NCBI RefSeq assembly: GCF_001447785.1
Contig: NW_015173758.1
Span: 156,146-220,145, forward strand
DNA: 64,000 bases
Direction of reading: 5' to 3'
Source: Gekko japonicus
Taxonomy: Eukaryota
Shown: in pieces, positions 61,526 to 64,000 of the stretch
How the letters are laid out: every line of letters begins with the position of its first letter
Numbering within the stretch: position 1 is the first letter of the stretch
Translations under genes and position numbers: made by a program
The notes under the pieces: generated by a model
Told to the model about the DNA's origin: nothing
Database searches by the model: none
Seen by the model: only the letters and a program-made list of their open reading frames with translations

Positions 61526-62220
61526 TCCTACATGACACAGGATGCCTGTTATTTTTCCCAGGGCCCTTCATCCTATGGAGCCCCATAAACGCATGATGCT
61601 GCCTTATACTGAATCAGACCATTGGTCTACTAAGGTCAGTGTTGTCTATTCAGACTGGCAGCAGCTTTCCATGGTCTCAGGTGGAGGTCATTCACATCAC
61701 ATACCACCTGATCATTTTAACTAGAGATTCCAGAGTTTGAACCTAGGACTTTCTGTGCATGCCAAGCAGAACCTCTACCAGTGAGCCAGTGCCTCCCCTG
61801 GCCTTGCCCCCCCCATAAACCACCCTAACCCTCTCTTTTATTTTGCCAGCAATACCCTGTGTGTTGCATGCATGAGTGCCCACACACCATGATGGCAGTG
61901 TTGTTTGGTTCAAGATAACAGATTTAACTGGGGAGGGGGAACTGAAGAAGACACTGGCCTGTTGCAGTCTCTCCCTGGCCCCTAGCTAGTACCCCAGTGT
62001 CAAAAGTATAGACACTCACTGGAACTTACCATGTGTAAGATACCATTGAACTAGAGCCATGCCTTCATGTATATTTTTCAGGTAAAATAAAGTGGAGAAG
62101 TCAAGCAAAGTGACCTCCTTTTCCCATGGTCAGGGTTGCCAAAAGCAACTGTAGATACCAGGCAAAGATTCCCTCTGGGCCCTGCTCACACCACCCATGC
62201 CCAGCACAACATGATATCTT

Positions 62221-62593
62221 AACGGTTAGAACGGATAAAAGGAAGTACTTCTTCACCCAAAGAGTGATTAACACATGGAATTCACTGTCACAGGAAGTGG
62301 TGGCGGCTACAAGCATGGGCGGCTTCAAAAGGGAATTAGATAAGCATATGGAGCAGAGGTCCATCAGTGGCTATTAGCCACAAGGTATAGCTAGGGGCTC
62401 TGGGGCAAGTGATGCTCTGTCTTCTTGGTGCTGGGGGGGGGGTCAACAGTGGGAGGGCTTCTAATGTCCTGGCCCCACTGGTGGACCTCCTGATGGCACT
62501 GGTATTTCTGGCCACTGTGTGATACAGAGTGTTGGACTGGATGGGCCTTTGGCCTGATCCAGCATTGTCGTCTCTTATGTTCTTATGTTCTTA
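62221..62593 (+). mobile_element. CR1 3' end, near-identical to 5503-5870
   Basis: VRTDKRKYFFTQRVINTWNSL.QEVV...; tail cttatgttcttatgttctt. Confidence 0.93.
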
Positions 62594-63575
62594 AAAGTCG
62601 CATTACTTTCCTGGCCCCATGGGATCCCAAGGTAACTAGGGCCTCTGGAGTTTTGTCTCCCCCACTTCCACACACACACACACACACACACCCATATCAG
62701 CCTAGGGAAATACCCAGTTTACCCCCCCCCCCCCACAAAAAAAAAAACCCCATTTTCCCCCCCCCCCCCAGTATAACAAAACTTTAACTAGTCAGGAAAC
62801 TCAGGCCAGGTCCTAAGTACACTTTATTTAAGTAGGTAGACTTACTTCCACACGTAACTGTAATATAGTCAGAACTGACAGGTCACTGTTTCAGAATCCT
62901 CGTCTGTGGGCATGGAATCGAATCATGCTCCATTAAAGTTGAAGAGTTTAATGGTAGAAATGAGCAAGAGCCCAGGAGCACCTTAAAGACTAACAAAACA
63001 TGTGGCAGGGCAGGAGCTTTCGTGAGTCACTGCCCACTTCTTCAGAGCAGAGACTCACCAAAGCTCCTACCCTGCCACATATTTTGTTAGTCTTTAAGGT
63101 CATACTGAACTTTTGCTCTTTTCTACTGCTACAGACTAACACAGCTACCCATCTTGATCTATCTCCAAAAGTTTAATGGAAAGCCAGTTGCACTCCTGAT
63201 TTTTTCAAAGGAGCCCATATCCATAAAATAGTATGAAGGACATCAGCCCTTGCATATAAGCACAATAGGGAATGAAGTTAAAGCACCCAGCAGTTTCTTG
63301 ACATTCTGTTGCAATTTATCCTCTGTTTTTCAAGCACCATTTACAAAAAATGGTATGGCCTGGCTATTGTGTTAATGATGATACATCACTTACTGTTGAC
63401 CACCACATATTGTAGGCATTGGTATGATGAGTCTGAAGATGGAAGTTTACATCCTTCACTGTAACAATACTAGTTAAATCAAAGTAGTGCTTACTGAATA
63501 TTCAGGGCTGGATCCAGCTGGCTTTTTCACTCAATCATGCCCAATTCCTCTCCTTAGTACAACCCCAGTCACAGG

Positions 63576-63781
63576 CAGAGTTCCCTCTAAGATGAGTTAC
63601 TGTGAGCTAGCTCACCATTTTTTAGCCTCCAGCTCACAGATTTTTGTCTTAGCTCAGGAAGGATGGCTCCCGAGCAAACTAATTTTTGTAGTAGCCAAGT
63701 CATTCACTCACAACTTTAATGCCAGAAGCTCACACAGTAGAATTTTTACTCACAAGACTCTACAGCTTAGAGGGAGCATTG
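63576..63781. mobile_element. hAT-family MITE, copy 4
   Basis: Same TIRs; perfect TSD GTCACAGG. Confidence 0.9.
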
Positions 63782-64000
63782 GTCACAGGTGGCTTTTGTC
63801 CATGCAGGTCCCATGATGCCCAGCACAGTCTATTTGGTCATCAAAGGGGATCCTTTTTCATGAGGGGAAAAGATGATTGGATCCAATCCTCAGAATACAT
63901 TGTTCCAGTAATCCTCACAACAGCCCCAACAGGTTGGGCCAGCACTGCTATCCTCCTATTACAGATGGGAGGAGGCAGCTGTTGAAAATGCAGTCTACTG

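Noticed and set aside
62020-62850. Minus-strand GTAAGT donors (~62029, ~62845) as FAM237B 5' non-coding exons
   Set aside because: Plausible, but splice motifs alone are insufficient without transcript data

Overview
Vertebrate nuclear DNA, most likely from a squamate reptile: it carries Sauria-type and 5S-derived SINEs, BovB, CR1, L2, Penelope and DIRS elements. The assembly is a draft with three N-gaps. On the + strand, 21 coding exons of CFAP69 (matching human exons 3-23, 721..48866) splice into one open frame; exons 1-2 lie upstream of the window. The first intron here is a U12-type (minor spliceosome) GT-AG intron. On the - strand, tail-to-tail with CFAP69, is FAM237B (NPGM neuropeptide precursor), matching the known CFAP69-FAM237B synteny, with a candidate extra C-terminal exon. 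The rest is mostly transposable-element sequence. Most notable are a TSD-bounded L1-like element with ORF1 but no ORF2 (half-L1/HAL1-like), palindromic Penelope-derived elements with hammerhead-ribozyme cores, a non-autonomous Helitron with a 153-bp tandem array, a structurally complete but decayed DIRS retrotransposon with nested insertions, and an ERV remnant with a tRNA-Ser primer-binding site. All calls come from reading the sequence and recalling family consensus; no database search was run.
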